The position numbers were made by a program, and so were the translations under genes. A stretch of 64,000 nt of DNA, from IMG/VR virus record IMGVR_UViG_3300023174_000045, positions 161,081-225,080 of that record; one strand, given 5' to 3'. This document shows, piece after piece, positions 54,244 through 64,000 of the stretch (positions are counted from its first letter, which is position 1; every line of letters starts with the position of its first letter). Below the pieces are notes generated by a model, which was given only the letters and a program-made list of their open reading frames with translations, did not search any database and had not been told where the DNA came from.

Positions 54244-55194
54244 TTAAGTTGTTGTGGCAGCCACGGTGGGTGTTCCCCAGGTATTGGTGAGTGTGGTTGT
54301 TTCTGGTGGAAAATATGTAACAATGGTACAAGGTGCTGTACCTGGCGTGGCGCCCGATGCGGCTGTACCACCAGTGATTGGATCACTGTCACCGTTTGAC
54401 CACAGTGTGGTAATTGTCAACACGTTTGACGAGGCGCCTTTGGCAATGCTGTGTTGAATAAAGTTTGTAGTGTAGGGCGCAGTATCAGCAAACTGTTTGT
54501 ACACAATGGTAGCAGCAGCACCTGCTGTAAGAGCATCCCAGCCAGTGGCAGTACTCAGTGTAGTAGGTGTACCTGTTCCGCCAACTTTGGTTGTTCCAGT
54601 ATATGCAACACCAGCAATGGTATGACTAGTGGCTGCGCCAGAAATATATATGTCACCGCACAATGTTGTGGACAAGTCATTCCATTCTGGATCTCCAGTG
54701 GCACCAGTTGAACTTTTTGCCACGTCAATTTTGACCAAGCCGCCAGCATTGAAAAAGTTAGTGGCTGCTGTACTGTTTGCCCATGTCACAGTGTTGGTAA
54801 AAGTAATAGTCCAATTTGCACCTGACGTGGCTGCGGTTTTGCTATTGGTACCAGTCCAGGCAGTGTATTGTGAGCCGACAGCATAGGCATTGGCTCGATT
54901 GGAGTAAACGTTGGTAATGTCAGTGTTGACATTGGCCAAAATAGAAATGGTGTTTCCAGTCACTGGAGCAGTTCTTGAAGTAATAGTGGTATTTGTATGG
55001 GTTCCCAATGACGTAAGGGTGTTGACCAGTTGTGACCATTGTGTGGCAGTAACTGTGCCAGTGGATGTCACAGTGGACAGTGCGGTTTGTCCATATGCTG
55101 TGTTCCAAGTTGCATTGATATTGGCACCCACTGTGGTGCTAACAAAACCATTGTAATCTGTTGCTTGGATTAAGCCGCCTGATGAATATGTCAT
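54244..55194 (-). CDS. Thr/Gly-rich virion structural (tail fibre-associated) protein
   Basis: MTYSSGGLIQATDYN, FFNAGG; structural gene context. Confidence 0.65.
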   Translation of the reverse strand: MTYSSGGLIQATDYNGFVSTTVGANINATWNTAYGQTALSTVTSTGTVTATQWSQLVNTLTSLGTHTNTTITSRTAPVTGNTISILANVNTDITNVYSNRANAYAVGSQYTAWTGTNSKTAATSGANWTITFTNTVTWANSTAATNFFNAGGLVKIDVAKSSTGATGDPEWNDLSTTLCGDIYISGAATSHTIAGVAYTGTTKVGGTGTPTTLSTATGWDALTAGAAATIVYKQFADTAPYTTNFIQHSIAKGASSNVLTITTLWSNGDSDPITGGTAASGATPGTAPCTIVTYFPPETTTLTNTWGTPTVAATTT

Positions 55195-55213
55195 TTCCTG
55201 TTCCCTACGTTAA

Positions 55214-57016
55214 TTATTTGATTGTAACAATCGCTTCAATTGTTCCCAATTCTTCCAAGTGTTTGTCTTCCAATGACCGGCCAATCACATTGAATGCTGT
55301 GGCTTCTCCTGGTTGGGCTGCTCTAGCCACACCCGAACCAGCACTCACAAGTCTATCACCTCTGCGTATGATACCAATGGCTTTGACAGGAACACGGCCA
55401 GTCATTGCAACTGGAGGATGCGTGTCGTCTTCACCGGCTCCGCCATTCATGGTATAGGCTGGTCTTGTACTTATAACGCCAAATACATTTTCACTTAAAT
55501 CTTGTTGAGATCGGGTAATTTCTTTCAAGCCGCCCAATTCTACAACTGTGCCAGGTTCCAATAACTCATCTGCAGCAAAGCGTTCTGCAACGTCGGCGTA
55601 CAAGGCTGTGGTGGCTGTGGCAAACACACGGTTGAAGTAGTTACCGCTAGATCCAATATTGCCCACAGCATTGCTTCCTGTTTTCTGGATGCCGTCCACA
55701 CTGATCTCAGCGTCAAAATATGCAGTAGAAGATGTCAGCACCAAAACATTGGCGGTTCCACCAACTTGGAATGCAATGTTACCGCCTGATGAACCAATGT
55801 TACCTTCAGACGTGCCATTGACAAATTTGGTAACTGATACCGCGGCGCTGAGCCCAGACAACGTTGAACCGTTGCCATAAAAGTAACTGCCTTGGATGTT
55901 ACCGGCGGTGCTGATTGATGTATTTGAAGTACTGCTGGTATTGATTAGTCCTGAGGTGATAAAATTACCACCAGTGATGTTGCCGGTTGTGCTCACAGCA
56001 CCTCCTGCAGGGGGAATCACATTACCAATAAAGTTAGCACCAGTTATATTACCAGTAGCAGAAACTTGTCCACCAGTGAGCAAATTACCGCCTGTGGTAT
56101 TACCTGTGACACTGAGTGTGCTGCCCACTGTGGCTGCATTGGCAATGGCAAATGCACCATTGCCTCCCAATGCAGTTGCCACAGTGTATGTTGTGCCACT
56201 GACATTGGTACGAATAATCAAATTGCCAGTACTCACGGAAGAGGCGATTACACCATCATTTGAGCTTTGACTGATGTTGACCGCATTGGAAGTACCGATG
56301 TAGATACCATTGGCATTGTTCACCTGCAAGCGACCGGTTGTGGCTGTGTTGGCTGTGGCTCGCATGAAGTCAGTGCTGTCCAAGCTGTCCAACAACTGTG
56401 CATTAGTGGCTGATCCTGCAAAAACTGCGCCAGACACTGAAGCACTCAGCGTCACGCCAGGATAAATTGTGGGGAAAGCCGCAAGCAGTGCAGCCTCAGG
56501 GGTAAAACTTGCGCCGTCGTACACAATGGCCACTCGCACATTGTTTACATACAAGCTGGTGATATAACGTGTGGCCCCAACATTGTTTAAAATTGTTTCA
56601 GGAATAGCGCCCGACGTGCCTTGTGCGCTGGTGTACCCTGGGCCAACCACTAGGAAGGCAGCTCCAGTGTAAACTTTTAATTGTTGATTTGTGGTGTCAT
56701 ACCATAAATCACCAGTGACGTTGCTGGAAGGCTGAGTAGAAGATGCTGTGGCTGCGCTAATTGTTTTAAAAATTGACCCATTATAGACTTTGAGCAAGTT
56801 GTTGGTTTTATCCCACCAAAGTTGTCCAGTCAACGGTGCTGATGGTGCTGTGGTGTTTGATCCATTTTCCAACAAGTGTATAAAGTTTTCATCCAAAAAC
56901 TCGCCGTAGCCAGCGTAGTTTTTACCCACCAAGATCATTGAACTTGATGTGTTGATTGTGCCGTCTGAAATAGTTGCAAAAACTGTTCCGTCGGTTAGAT
57001 TGATTGTATATGCCAT
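55214..57016 (-). CDS. Tail fibre protein with C-terminal intramolecular chaperone/autocleavage domain
   Basis: GKNYAGYGE..ENF, GQLWWD, TGNITGGN repeats, YADVAERF...GRVPVK..GDRLVS. Confidence 0.8.
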   Translation of the reverse strand: MAYTINLTDGTVFATISDGTINTSSSMILVGKNYAGYGEFLDENFIHLLENGSNTTAPSAPLTGQLWWDKTNNLLKVYNGSIFKTISAATASSTQPSSNVTGDLWYDTTNQQLKVYTGAAFLVVGPGYTSAQGTSGAIPETILNNVGATRYITSLYVNNVRVAIVYDGASFTPEAALLAAFPTIYPGVTLSASVSGAVFAGSATNAQLLDSLDSTDFMRATANTATTGRLQVNNANGIYIGTSNAVNISQSSNDGVIASSVSTGNLIIRTNVSGTTYTVATALGGNGAFAIANAATVGSTLSVTGNTTGGNLLTGGQVSATGNITGANFIGNVIPPAGGAVSTTGNITGGNFITSGLINTSSTSNTSISTAGNIQGSYFYGNGSTLSGLSAAVSVTKFVNGTSEGNIGSSGGNIAFQVGGTANVLVLTSSTAYFDAEISVDGIQKTGSNAVGNIGSSGNYFNRVFATATTALYADVAERFAADELLEPGTVVELGGLKEITRSQQDLSENVFGVISTRPAYTMNGGAGEDDTHPPVAMTGRVPVKAIGIIRRGDRLVSAGSGVARAAQPGEATAFNVIGRSLEDKHLEELGTIEAIVTIK

Positions 57017-57044
57017 GTCAGTTACCTGTTCCTAGTTTCTATAT

Positions 57045-57650
57045 TTATACAGCATTTATGTTGCTCAGCGTCTGTATACGCAGGGTGTAGTCAATTTGAA
57101 TCTGTCTATTCAAACTCTTTTGTACTGGGTGAAAAATCACATGTGTAATTAGACGTAAATTGTCAGCTGATCCATTCCATGTTTTTAACCCAAGCTCATC
57201 AAACACAAATTCACCGTTGAAGTTGGTTGAATTATCAAACGCTTGTTGTTCGGGTGGTTCACCGTAATCCAACAAACAAGTCACAAGAATATCGCTGTAA
57301 ACGTTGCCGCTGACATGCAATGGAGTCATTTTGTTGTTTTCGGGATCTGTGTCGGCAGCTGAATTGTCATCCACTACTTTAGCGTAAGTTTGGTTGTACA
57401 AGTCAGCATTTTGACCTGTGGTATTTGGGGGCAAATATGTGATAACACCTGTGGGGTCTACACTACTACCTCCGTTGCCAAATGCCATTTCATAGATATA
57501 GCCAGTGTTGCGATCGCTCAGCGTTTGAGCCATGGCCAAACTGATATTTTCATAGTGAATTGCATTCTTTTTATCCACAAGGACTTCGCCCGTAACAGGG
57601 TCATGTATTTTGACAAACCCTTCAATTTTACACAGTCCGGGCTGAATCAT
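57045..57650 (-). CDS. Baseplate/structural protein
   Basis: NAIH, MAFGNGG, FDELGL, THVIFHPVQKS; context. Confidence 0.65.
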   Translation of the reverse strand: MIQPGLCKIEGFVKIHDPVTGEVLVDKKNAIHYENISLAMAQTLSDRNTGYIYEMAFGNGGSSVDPTGVITYLPPNTTGQNADLYNQTYAKVVDDNSAADTDPENNKMTPLHVSGNVYSDILVTCLLDYGEPPEQQAFDNSTNFNGEFVFDELGLKTWNGSADNLRLITHVIFHPVQKSLNRQIQIDYTLRIQTLSNINAV

Positions 57651-57799
57651 GCTCGACCCTCCACATAAGTTTTTTGTGTTTTTGGATCAAAAATTCGCAT
57701 GTGAGCTTGAACGCTGATGCTGCCAGTTTCGTTGGGGCGGCGTGACGGCGTTGTTTTTTGCGGTGTGTCTGTTGACTGTTTTGGTGCTGTATTTGACAT
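57647..57799 (-). CDS. 50-aa protein resembling the N-terminus of the downstream gene
   Basis: ...VQAHMRIFDPKTQKTYVEGRA*; TAAATA upstream; ATGA overlap. Confidence 0.65.
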   Translation of the reverse strand: MSNTAPKQSTDTPQKTTPSRRPNETGSISVQAHMRIFDPKTQKTYVEGRA

Positions 57800-57818
57800 G
57801 GTCTTTTATTTATCCGTG

Positions 57819-60800
57819 TTATCTGTTGCACAAAAACCTTGCGGCCGCTGTGTCAGTTTCTTGCAATGCAACACCATTGCTTGCGGTAGTTGCGCCTGGC
57901 TCGTACCAGCTCAATGCACGACGTTGTAAAATGGTAACTTCGCTGCCTGCAGCTGGTGGTAGCAATGGACTCACCGGGTCATTGTCAACAATAAATTCTA
58001 TTGCCAATGGTCCAAAATCTGTCACAATGTAACGGTATTGTGACGTGGCTTGTGTTTGACTGTAATTGTATTGGCGTTGCCCGCCCACATAAACCTCAAT
58101 GCTTTCTGTGTATATTGAACTGCTGTCACCAAAGTCTGAAATGTTGATGCTGGGTGCATAGTACAGTGTGGTCGAGCCGTCGGCCAATGTGCTGTCACTC
58201 ACAATGTAATCTTGATAAGTTGAACTCAACAAGTTGCCACGACCAATGTCATACACTGCTTCATCTGTATAGTGACCGTCGGCAGCAGTGCCTGCTGTGC
58301 CGCGCATGAGTCCAGAAACTGTGTTGGCCACAATGTCTCGCTCTCTGTACATGATGCGTTCTCCGCCAATTGTGATCAATCCAAACACACCGCCAGGCAA
58401 GTCTGGTTCGCTGAGTGCGGCAGCATTTTTAACGTAGATGATGTCGGCCGTAGCCGAAAGATCTTGCACCAGCACTGTGGTAGTTTCTGGGGTCATTCTG
58501 TATGTGGCCTGCACTCCACGCATGTCTTGGAATATTCTAAATTCTGCTGCATCGGGCACTATGCTGTCGGTAAATTCAGTTACCACCAACTGTTGACTGT
58601 TGTTTATTGTGCCCGACGCCAAAATCAAATATTGCCCAGACACAGTAAAATCTCGTCCGTCGACCAATCTGACACCATCCAAATTGACCCATAAACGACT
58701 GCCTACGACGTTGTCTCTCAACAAATCAAACTCATTGCTGGATATTGTGGTTCCTGTTTGGAAATCAAATTCGCCAGGCAGTGGCTCAAATGGATTGTTC
58801 AATGTGGGACTGTCATAGTCTGTGGTATCGTATGCTTGAACAATCTCTGAGCCTGAAATTACCACAGGACCTTGGAAAGTCAAGGTGCAGATATTTTGTT
58901 GTCCGGTGTTGTTCCAGGTAATAACTTCAATCACATCGCCTATGTTCAACAAAGGTACAATTTGTAATTTGTTGGTAAAGGCTGGCGCCGAAGGATCATA
59001 TGCAAAGTTTGTCCAGGCCAGGGTCGAAACTGCAATCAAAATTTGATCGCCAGATTCTGGCGGAGTATCAAACACCACCTGGCGGCCTGGTGTATTGGTG
59101 CCAGTCCAATTGGTCACACTATAAGTTCCAGTTTGGGCGCCAAACGATTGTTTCTGCAACACATTGTTTACCCAAACTTGTATATCATAAGGAGCGTCAA
59201 TGGTAGATTGCAAAAAGCTGGTGCCTAATCTTTGTGGCAATCCAAAGCTGGCTGTGGTGCCATCGCCAATCCATTCTATGTCTGTTGGGCCAACTATTCT
59301 TAGGCCATTGACGTTGACAATCATATTGGCAGGATTAGTTCCTGATGGCACTGCCGACAACATAACTGATCCATTGGTTCTGATAGTGTCATCAACTACA
59401 AATGTTTCAGTTACTGGAGTACTCCAGGATCTATAATCTGTCGGAACAAATTTTGCAACAAGTTCCCCAGTCCATACAGCTTGATCATCAATCAATGCAA
59501 CCGGGGTTGATCCATCTTCAGTTATGGTAATTGAATTGGCAGCAGCATTGATGGTCAATACCTGGTAATCAGTTTGCGTTTGCACACCGCCCAGACTGTA
59601 TCCTGAGAATGTGACTGTTTGTCCCAGAGACAATGACGAAACTGAGCTGGTCAATACAACAGCATTGCCTGATTCAGTTGTCTCACTTACTGCAATACTG
59701 GTAGCATCACCAAGCACCAAAATTGCTATGCCGTCTGTGGCAGTCAATGTGTCTGGTATTGTTACCAAAGTACGTTGTGTCGGAATAAACGGCAACCAAT
59801 AGTTGGTATTGGTCAACTGGATTCCTGGGATCACAGTTTGTATGGCTCGATAATATGTGCCTGTGGGACTGCCAGTCATGGATCCTGTGGCTGTGAGCAA
59901 TGTGGTTGGTGTTGTTGCTCCGGCCTCAGTGCTGATAAAGAACTGTGTGCCATTGGCAATGGCCTGTACATAATATTCTTGTTCGGCTACAATACCGCCA
60001 AATCCTGTGCCAGAAAACACAATAGGTTGTCCTACAATCAATGCTGATGCATTGTTGCAAGTCACTGAGTTGTAAACTCCATCCGTGTTGGTAATTGTAA
60101 TCTCATTGTCATTGAACACAATGTCAAGGCTTTGATAAGTGTTGTTTAAATTCCAAGGGATACTTGCTGTGTATGGTCTTAGTTCAGGAGTTGACGCTGG
60201 AGATCCATTTACAAACACGTATGTTTGAACCATTTGTGCATAACTCACTGGTACCAGCAATGTATTGTCATCTGCTATGACATCTGCACCAACAAAATTT
60301 CCTCTGTACAATTGACTGCCACCGCCAATTTCATACACATCAATGTTGATCAATTCCCCATCAGCAACGTTAGAAATAATGGTAATGGTTTGATCTGCCC
60401 AGTTAGCAGTGTAATTAATGTCTTCACTCAGTACGCGACCAGTGGTCAAATTGGTCACAACAATCTGATAAGCATTTTGAACTACATCAGCCCAGCTATA
60501 GGTATCAGTAACTGCTGGGGTATATGTGTAACGAACAGTACTGACCTGGAACCCGTGCCCGTCAAACGTCCAGTCCGATCCTGGCCGTGTGTAAATGCGC
60601 ATGTCCATGGTATCGTACTCTGCACCATTGACCAGCTCTTCAGGTGCGTGTCCTTCATAAGGGCCAACAAATTCTCCACCATCAACATTGATGTCTGAAT
60701 ATCTAGTCCCAAGATAAATGTCAGCAAATTCGCTTTGATAATCAGCATCCAATCGACGATTGTCAAGGAAGTACTCGCCCCAAACTTGCACACCTGGATA

Positions 60801-63800
60801 ATCAACGCCATCTACCAGCAATGGCAATTCTAATCCCGGTGAATTTACACCTGGCACATACAAGCCCATGGTACGATCAACACCAGACAATCCAGTGTGT
60901 TGATCACTGCCTGGATAAGCATAAGTTGCGGCGTTGACTAGTTGCCAATTTTCCAAATCAAATGTGGGTCCTACCACAGCCGAGCTGCCATCAGCATTGG
61001 CTGCTGACCACACTCGATCGTCATAACGCACTAAGGTTCCATTTTCATAAGTGCCGTTGGAACTCCAGGTTTGCACGGCTGTTTGATACTGATATCGATC
61101 GTATCTGATTACAGTACGGAATTGACGCACAACATCGTTGGTCATTCGAGGATATGCTGCGGCGCCTGATCCATTGCCACCTTCAAATGTCACTGTGGGA
61201 GTAGATCTATATCCTGAGCCTGAAGTTGTAACGTTGATGGCAACAACTTGTCCGGCACCATTTAATACTGCTGTGGCTTCAGCGGCTTGTGTTGGAGCTG
61301 GGTCATTGGGGTTGGCAGTGATAATCACCAACGGAGGAGCACTGTATCCTGAACCTGTTTCAACTATGACTACGGAATCCACTGCCAACAAATAATTGTT
61401 GTACCATTGGCTGTAAGGCCAATCTGCCCACACAGTAGAATTTGACGGCAGATCACTGAGGTTGTTGGTTTCACTGTTGAATGCAGTGCTGTGATCATAG
61501 GGCAACAGTATTGGGCTGGTAAATTGTGGTATTTCCAATGTAGTGTTATAGTATGCCGGCAAATCAAAGTCAGTCATGTCTCCAAAAAACTCGTCAGCCC
61601 CGTTGTAACGCAGGTTAAATTCGCGGATAGACACATGATAAGGTTTGACTTCTTGAATGTAGTCTAGCACAAATTCTTGGTTGTCTCGGCTGTAATTTTG
61701 GAATGGCAACAGCGCACGAATTCTGTGCTCAACATCAATCAATGAAGTTTTTACCAGCCATTCAGGAGCGCCAAATTCGCTGAGCACAAAATTAAACATC
61801 AATGTCAATGCACGATTGCGTTCGATCAACAACTCATCGATGAACAATTCTTCATTGATGGCCTGAATAATTTTTCGTGTTTCAATCACAGGTTCTTGGT
61901 CAAAATACTGAGCATCAAATACTTCAACGTCAAATCCAAATCTTCCTAATGCATAGTCCCATAATTCAGCTGAAAATTCTATGGTACCGTCTTGCAGGCC
62001 CACACGATCCCATCCAGTGACAGTGCGTATATAAATTTCAAATTTTCCTTGGCCATTGGCTGTGACTTTTACACTGCTGCCTACTGCCACGTTTAACGTG
62101 GACAATGAAGCAAAATTAGGAACTTCAGCAATGATTTTTGCACTGCTGTTGTAACCAGGTAGGTACCAGTTGATATAACTCCAATACTGGCGTGTGTCAT
62201 AATTTTGCACACGATATAATTGCAGTTCTCTAACAGTTCCAATGGACTGGATAGTTTCTATCACTTGATAAATTGTCCACAGTCCACGATTTCTAGAGTC
62301 TGTTGCTACCAAATACTTGTAACCCAATGGTACTTCGTCAATCTTTTGAAATCCTAAAATTTCCAAGTTAGCCACACGTTTGTTCCAGTTAACAGTTGTG
62401 ACACCATCAACTGTGGTTGTAGCACTGGGTTCAAGTTCGCGACTGTTCAACAGTACAAACGTACGATTTTCTGATATGGTGAATTGAGCCAAAACAGTAT
62501 TGGCACGAACCAGATAATTTTTCAATGCAGCAAATCTGTCCACAAACATACTTTGTCTTGGACGGAATTGCACACCGTATCTTTCAGCTGGGCCAAGGTT
62601 TACGTCTGGCACGAGATTGCCGGCTGTGTCTACACCGCAAAAACTGTCTTGTAGTTTGCGATACAAATTGTTGCTGAGCCAGGCGTCTGCTTTGTCTTGT
62701 GCAATTAATTCGTATTCAACGTGAACGTTATCATTGTTGAATTCTTTATCAAATTCAATGCTGATAACAGTGTCTTCAGCTTCTATGTAATCAGTTGCAT
62801 TGTATAATGCAATGGTGCTGGCGTTGATCGGAGCAATATAAGTTATACCACTGGCTCTGGGATTTTCAATGTAATTGGCCACTGTGCTAACAGGCAATGT
62901 TTTGCCTTTTTGTGTGGCTGTTGCAGTTATACCTCGCACCCAGAAATAATATTCAGTGTTGAAAATTCCAGATTGGCTCAACACAGTGTTCACTACATAA
63001 CTGGCTGTATCATATGGTATGCCTTCGCCAGCATAAGCCACAGGGGGAACAGAGCTGACTACCCATTGATACACATCTACTGTGCTGCCTGGGAACACTT
63101 GTCCCCAACGACGACTTGCATACACAATATCATCTTGGCCAGGGTCAATGAATCTCACTGTGCTAGTATCCCACCATGTCTCACCCACATAACCTGCGCC
63201 CCAGGTTGTGCCGCGAATATTTACAGGACCTACATTGTAACTGGCTGGGTCAATTGCGCCAATATAGTCTATGTTTTGACGTGCGGCGCCCAATATCTTG
63301 CCTTGCAATGGATTGAAGAAATCATAATATTGTGTCACGGCCGAAGTTATGCGATCATAACTGTACACTGAATTCAACAGTCTAATGTCGACCACAGGCT
63401 GCTGAACTCTCAGCGCAGTCCATGCAGGCACTCGATCAGGATTAACACTAACAAACACTCTGCCATAATTGGCGCTAAGGGTGCTGTCTCCAAATTCGTT
63501 GCCTGGTGCTCCAGTAAACAACACGCCATCAGTGTAGCTCACAGCAGTTCCATATCGATCGTATGATGCTATATCTGGACTGCTGATCTGTTGGCCAAAC
63601 ACAAATTTGTCAGGGTTTGTCACAGAGGAACTTGAACTTGACAATAAATCGTAAGTGTATACTGCACCACTTTGTATGGTCTGATCAAAGAAATCAGTGG
63701 CACCTTCGTCAAAGTCAGTTTCTATTGTGTTGCCATCAGTATCAGTGGTAAGGTCAAACACTGTGATCAAATATAACGTGCCTCGTGGTGAACCTACCAC

Positions 63801-64000
63801 CAGGTTCACGGCTGTGTCATCAATGTTCAAGCTGGTACCAAATCCAGCAAAGTCCACAGGATACGGACTCAGGATAGTTTGCGTAAACACAAATGTGTCA
63901 AAACCAATGTCATCAAATGTGGTTCCAACGGAGCCTGGCGCCACTTGTAGTTTGTCTCCCACTGGTGCCGCTGCTGAATTTTTAACTGCTAGAGTTAAGT
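57819..64000 (-). CDS. Very large virion/baseplate protein (5' end outside window)
   Basis: >2047 aa open frame; FG-GAP-like VGSP/GAPG motifs, GSGY repeats, EVKPYH. Confidence 0.8.
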   Translation of the reverse strand, partial: LTLAVKNSAAAPVGDKLQVAPGSVGTTFDDIGFDTFVFTQTILSPYPVDFAGFGTSLNIDDTAVNLVVGSPRGTLYLITVFDLTTDTDGNTIETDFDEGATDFFDQTIQSGAVYTYDLLSSSSSSVTNPDKFVFGQQISSPDIASYDRYGTAVSYTDGVLFTGAPGNEFGDSTLSANYGRVFVSVNPDRVPAWTALRVQQPVVDIRLLNSVYSYDRITSAVTQYYDFFNPLQGKILGAARQNIDYIGAIDPASYNVGPVNIRGTTWGAGYVGETWWDTSTVRFIDPGQDDIVYASRRWGQVFPGSTVDVYQWVVSSVPPVAYAGEGIPYDTASYVVNTVLSQSGIFNTEYYFWVRGITATATQKGKTLPVSTVANYIENPRASGITYIAPINASTIALYNATDYIEAEDTVISIEFDKEFNNDNVHVEYELIAQDKADAWLSNNLYRKLQDSFCGVDTAGNLVPDVNLGPAERYGVQFRPRQSMFVDRFAALKNYLVRANTVLAQFTISENRTFVLLNSRELEPSATTTVDGVTTVNWNKRVANLEILGFQKIDEVPLGYKYLVATDSRNRGLWTIYQVIETIQSIGTVRELQLYRVQNYDTRQYWSYINWYLPGYNSSAKIIAEVPNFASLSTLNVAVGSSVKVTANGQGKFEIYIRTVTGWDRVGLQDGTIEFSAELWDYALGRFGFDVEVFDAQYFDQEPVIETRKIIQAINEELFIDELLIERNRALTLMFNFVLSEFGAPEWLVKTSLIDVEHRIRALLPFQNYSRDNQEFVLDYIQEVKPYHVSIREFNLRYNGADEFFGDMTDFDLPAYYNTTLEIPQFTSPILLPYDHSTAFNSETNNLSDLPSNSTVWADWPYSQWYNNYLLAVDSVVIVETGSGYSAPPLVIITANPNDPAPTQAAEATAVLNGAGQVVAINVTTSGSGYRSTPTVTFEGGNGSGAAAYPRMTNDVVRQFRTVIRYDRYQYQTAVQTWSSNGTYENGTLVRYDDRVWSAANADGSSAVVGPTFDLENWQLVNAATYAYPGSDQHTGLSGVDRTMGLYVPGVNSPGLELPLLVDGVDYPGVQVWGEYFLDNRRLDADYQSEFADIYLGTRYSDINVDGGEFVGPYEGHAPEELVNGAEYDTMDMRIYTRPGSDWTFDGHGFQVSTVRYTYTPAVTDTYSWADVVQNAYQIVVTNLTTGRVLSEDINYTANWADQTITIISNVADGELINIDVYEIGGGSQLYRGNFVGADVIADDNTLLVPVSYAQMVQTYVFVNGSPASTPELRPYTASIPWNLNNTYQSLDIVFNDNEITITNTDGVYNSVTCNNASALIVGQPIVFSGTGFGGIVAEQEYYVQAIANGTQFFISTEAGATTPTTLLTATGSMTGSPTGTYYRAIQTVIPGIQLTNTNYWLPFIPTQRTLVTIPDTLTATDGIAILVLGDATSIAVSETTESGNAVVLTSSVSSLSLGQTVTFSGYSLGGVQTQTDYQVLTINAAANSITITEDGSTPVALIDDQAVWTGELVAKFVPTDYRSWSTPVTETFVVDDTIRTNGSVMLSAVPSGTNPANMIVNVNGLRIVGPTDIEWIGDGTTASFGLPQRLGTSFLQSTIDAPYDIQVWVNNVLQKQSFGAQTGTYSVTNWTGTNTPGRQVVFDTPPESGDQILIAVSTLAWTNFAYDPSAPAFTNKLQIVPLLNIGDVIEVITWNNTGQQNICTLTFQGPVVISGSEIVQAYDTTDYDSPTLNNPFEPLPGEFDFQTGTTISSNEFDLLRDNVVGSRLWVNLDGVRLVDGRDFTVSGQYLILASGTINNSQQLVVTEFTDSIVPDAAEFRIFQDMRGVQATYRMTPETTTVLVQDLSATADIIYVKNAAALSEPDLPGGVFGLITIGGERIMYRERDIVANTVSGLMRGTAGTAADGHYTDEAVYDIGRGNLLSSTYQDYIVSDSTLADGSTTLYYAPSINISDFGDSSSIYTESIEVYVGGQRQYNYSQTQATSQYRYIVTDFGPLAIEFIVDNDPVSPLLPPAAGSEVTILQRRALSWYEPGATTASNGVALQETDTAAARFLCNR

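Noticed and set aside
10634-64000. Many 60-250 aa opposite-strand or alternate-frame ORFs (e.g. 21557-22300, 11006-11512, 58272-58694)
   Set aside because: Fully nested in motif-supported genes, with no RBS or recognisable motifs

Overview
64 kb of a large (jumbo, T4-like/myovirus-type) dsDNA phage genome. The host is probably a betaproteobacterium, inferred from the tmRNA tag ANDEQFALAA and the permuted tmRNA. Layout: (1) 1.4-10.7 kb: a circularly permuted two-piece tmRNA and an array of 30 canonical tRNAs covering all 20 amino acids. Interspersed are two aberrant tRNA-like RNAs, several stem-closed structured ncRNAs and two leader-peptide/antiterminator/terminator modules that look like ribosome-coupled attenuators. 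(2) 10.6-17.5 kb: a transaminase-hydrolase-PP-loop operon, ahpC/ahpD, an RNA polymerase omega homologue and a phosphoesterase. (3) 16.7-27 kb: small early-type genes behind repeated sigma70 promoters with a palindromic operator, a MoxR-type AAA ATPase, a vWA metallopeptidase and an array of MNERI...FGVEE gene cassettes. (4) 27-54 kb: thyX and a ~25 kb modification cluster (NDP-sugar enzymes, amidino-, carbamoyl- and methyltransferases, five radical SAM enzymes, many glycosyltransferase-like genes). (5) 54-64 kb: tail fibre and baseplate structural genes. The best candidate for an undescribed system is translation-sensing control of phage tRNA/tmRNA supply: the attenuator at 5108-5311, the ORF inside the tmRNA intervening segment, and an omega subunit lacking its ppGpp-site N-terminus. 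All assignments were made by eye from motifs; no database searches were run.
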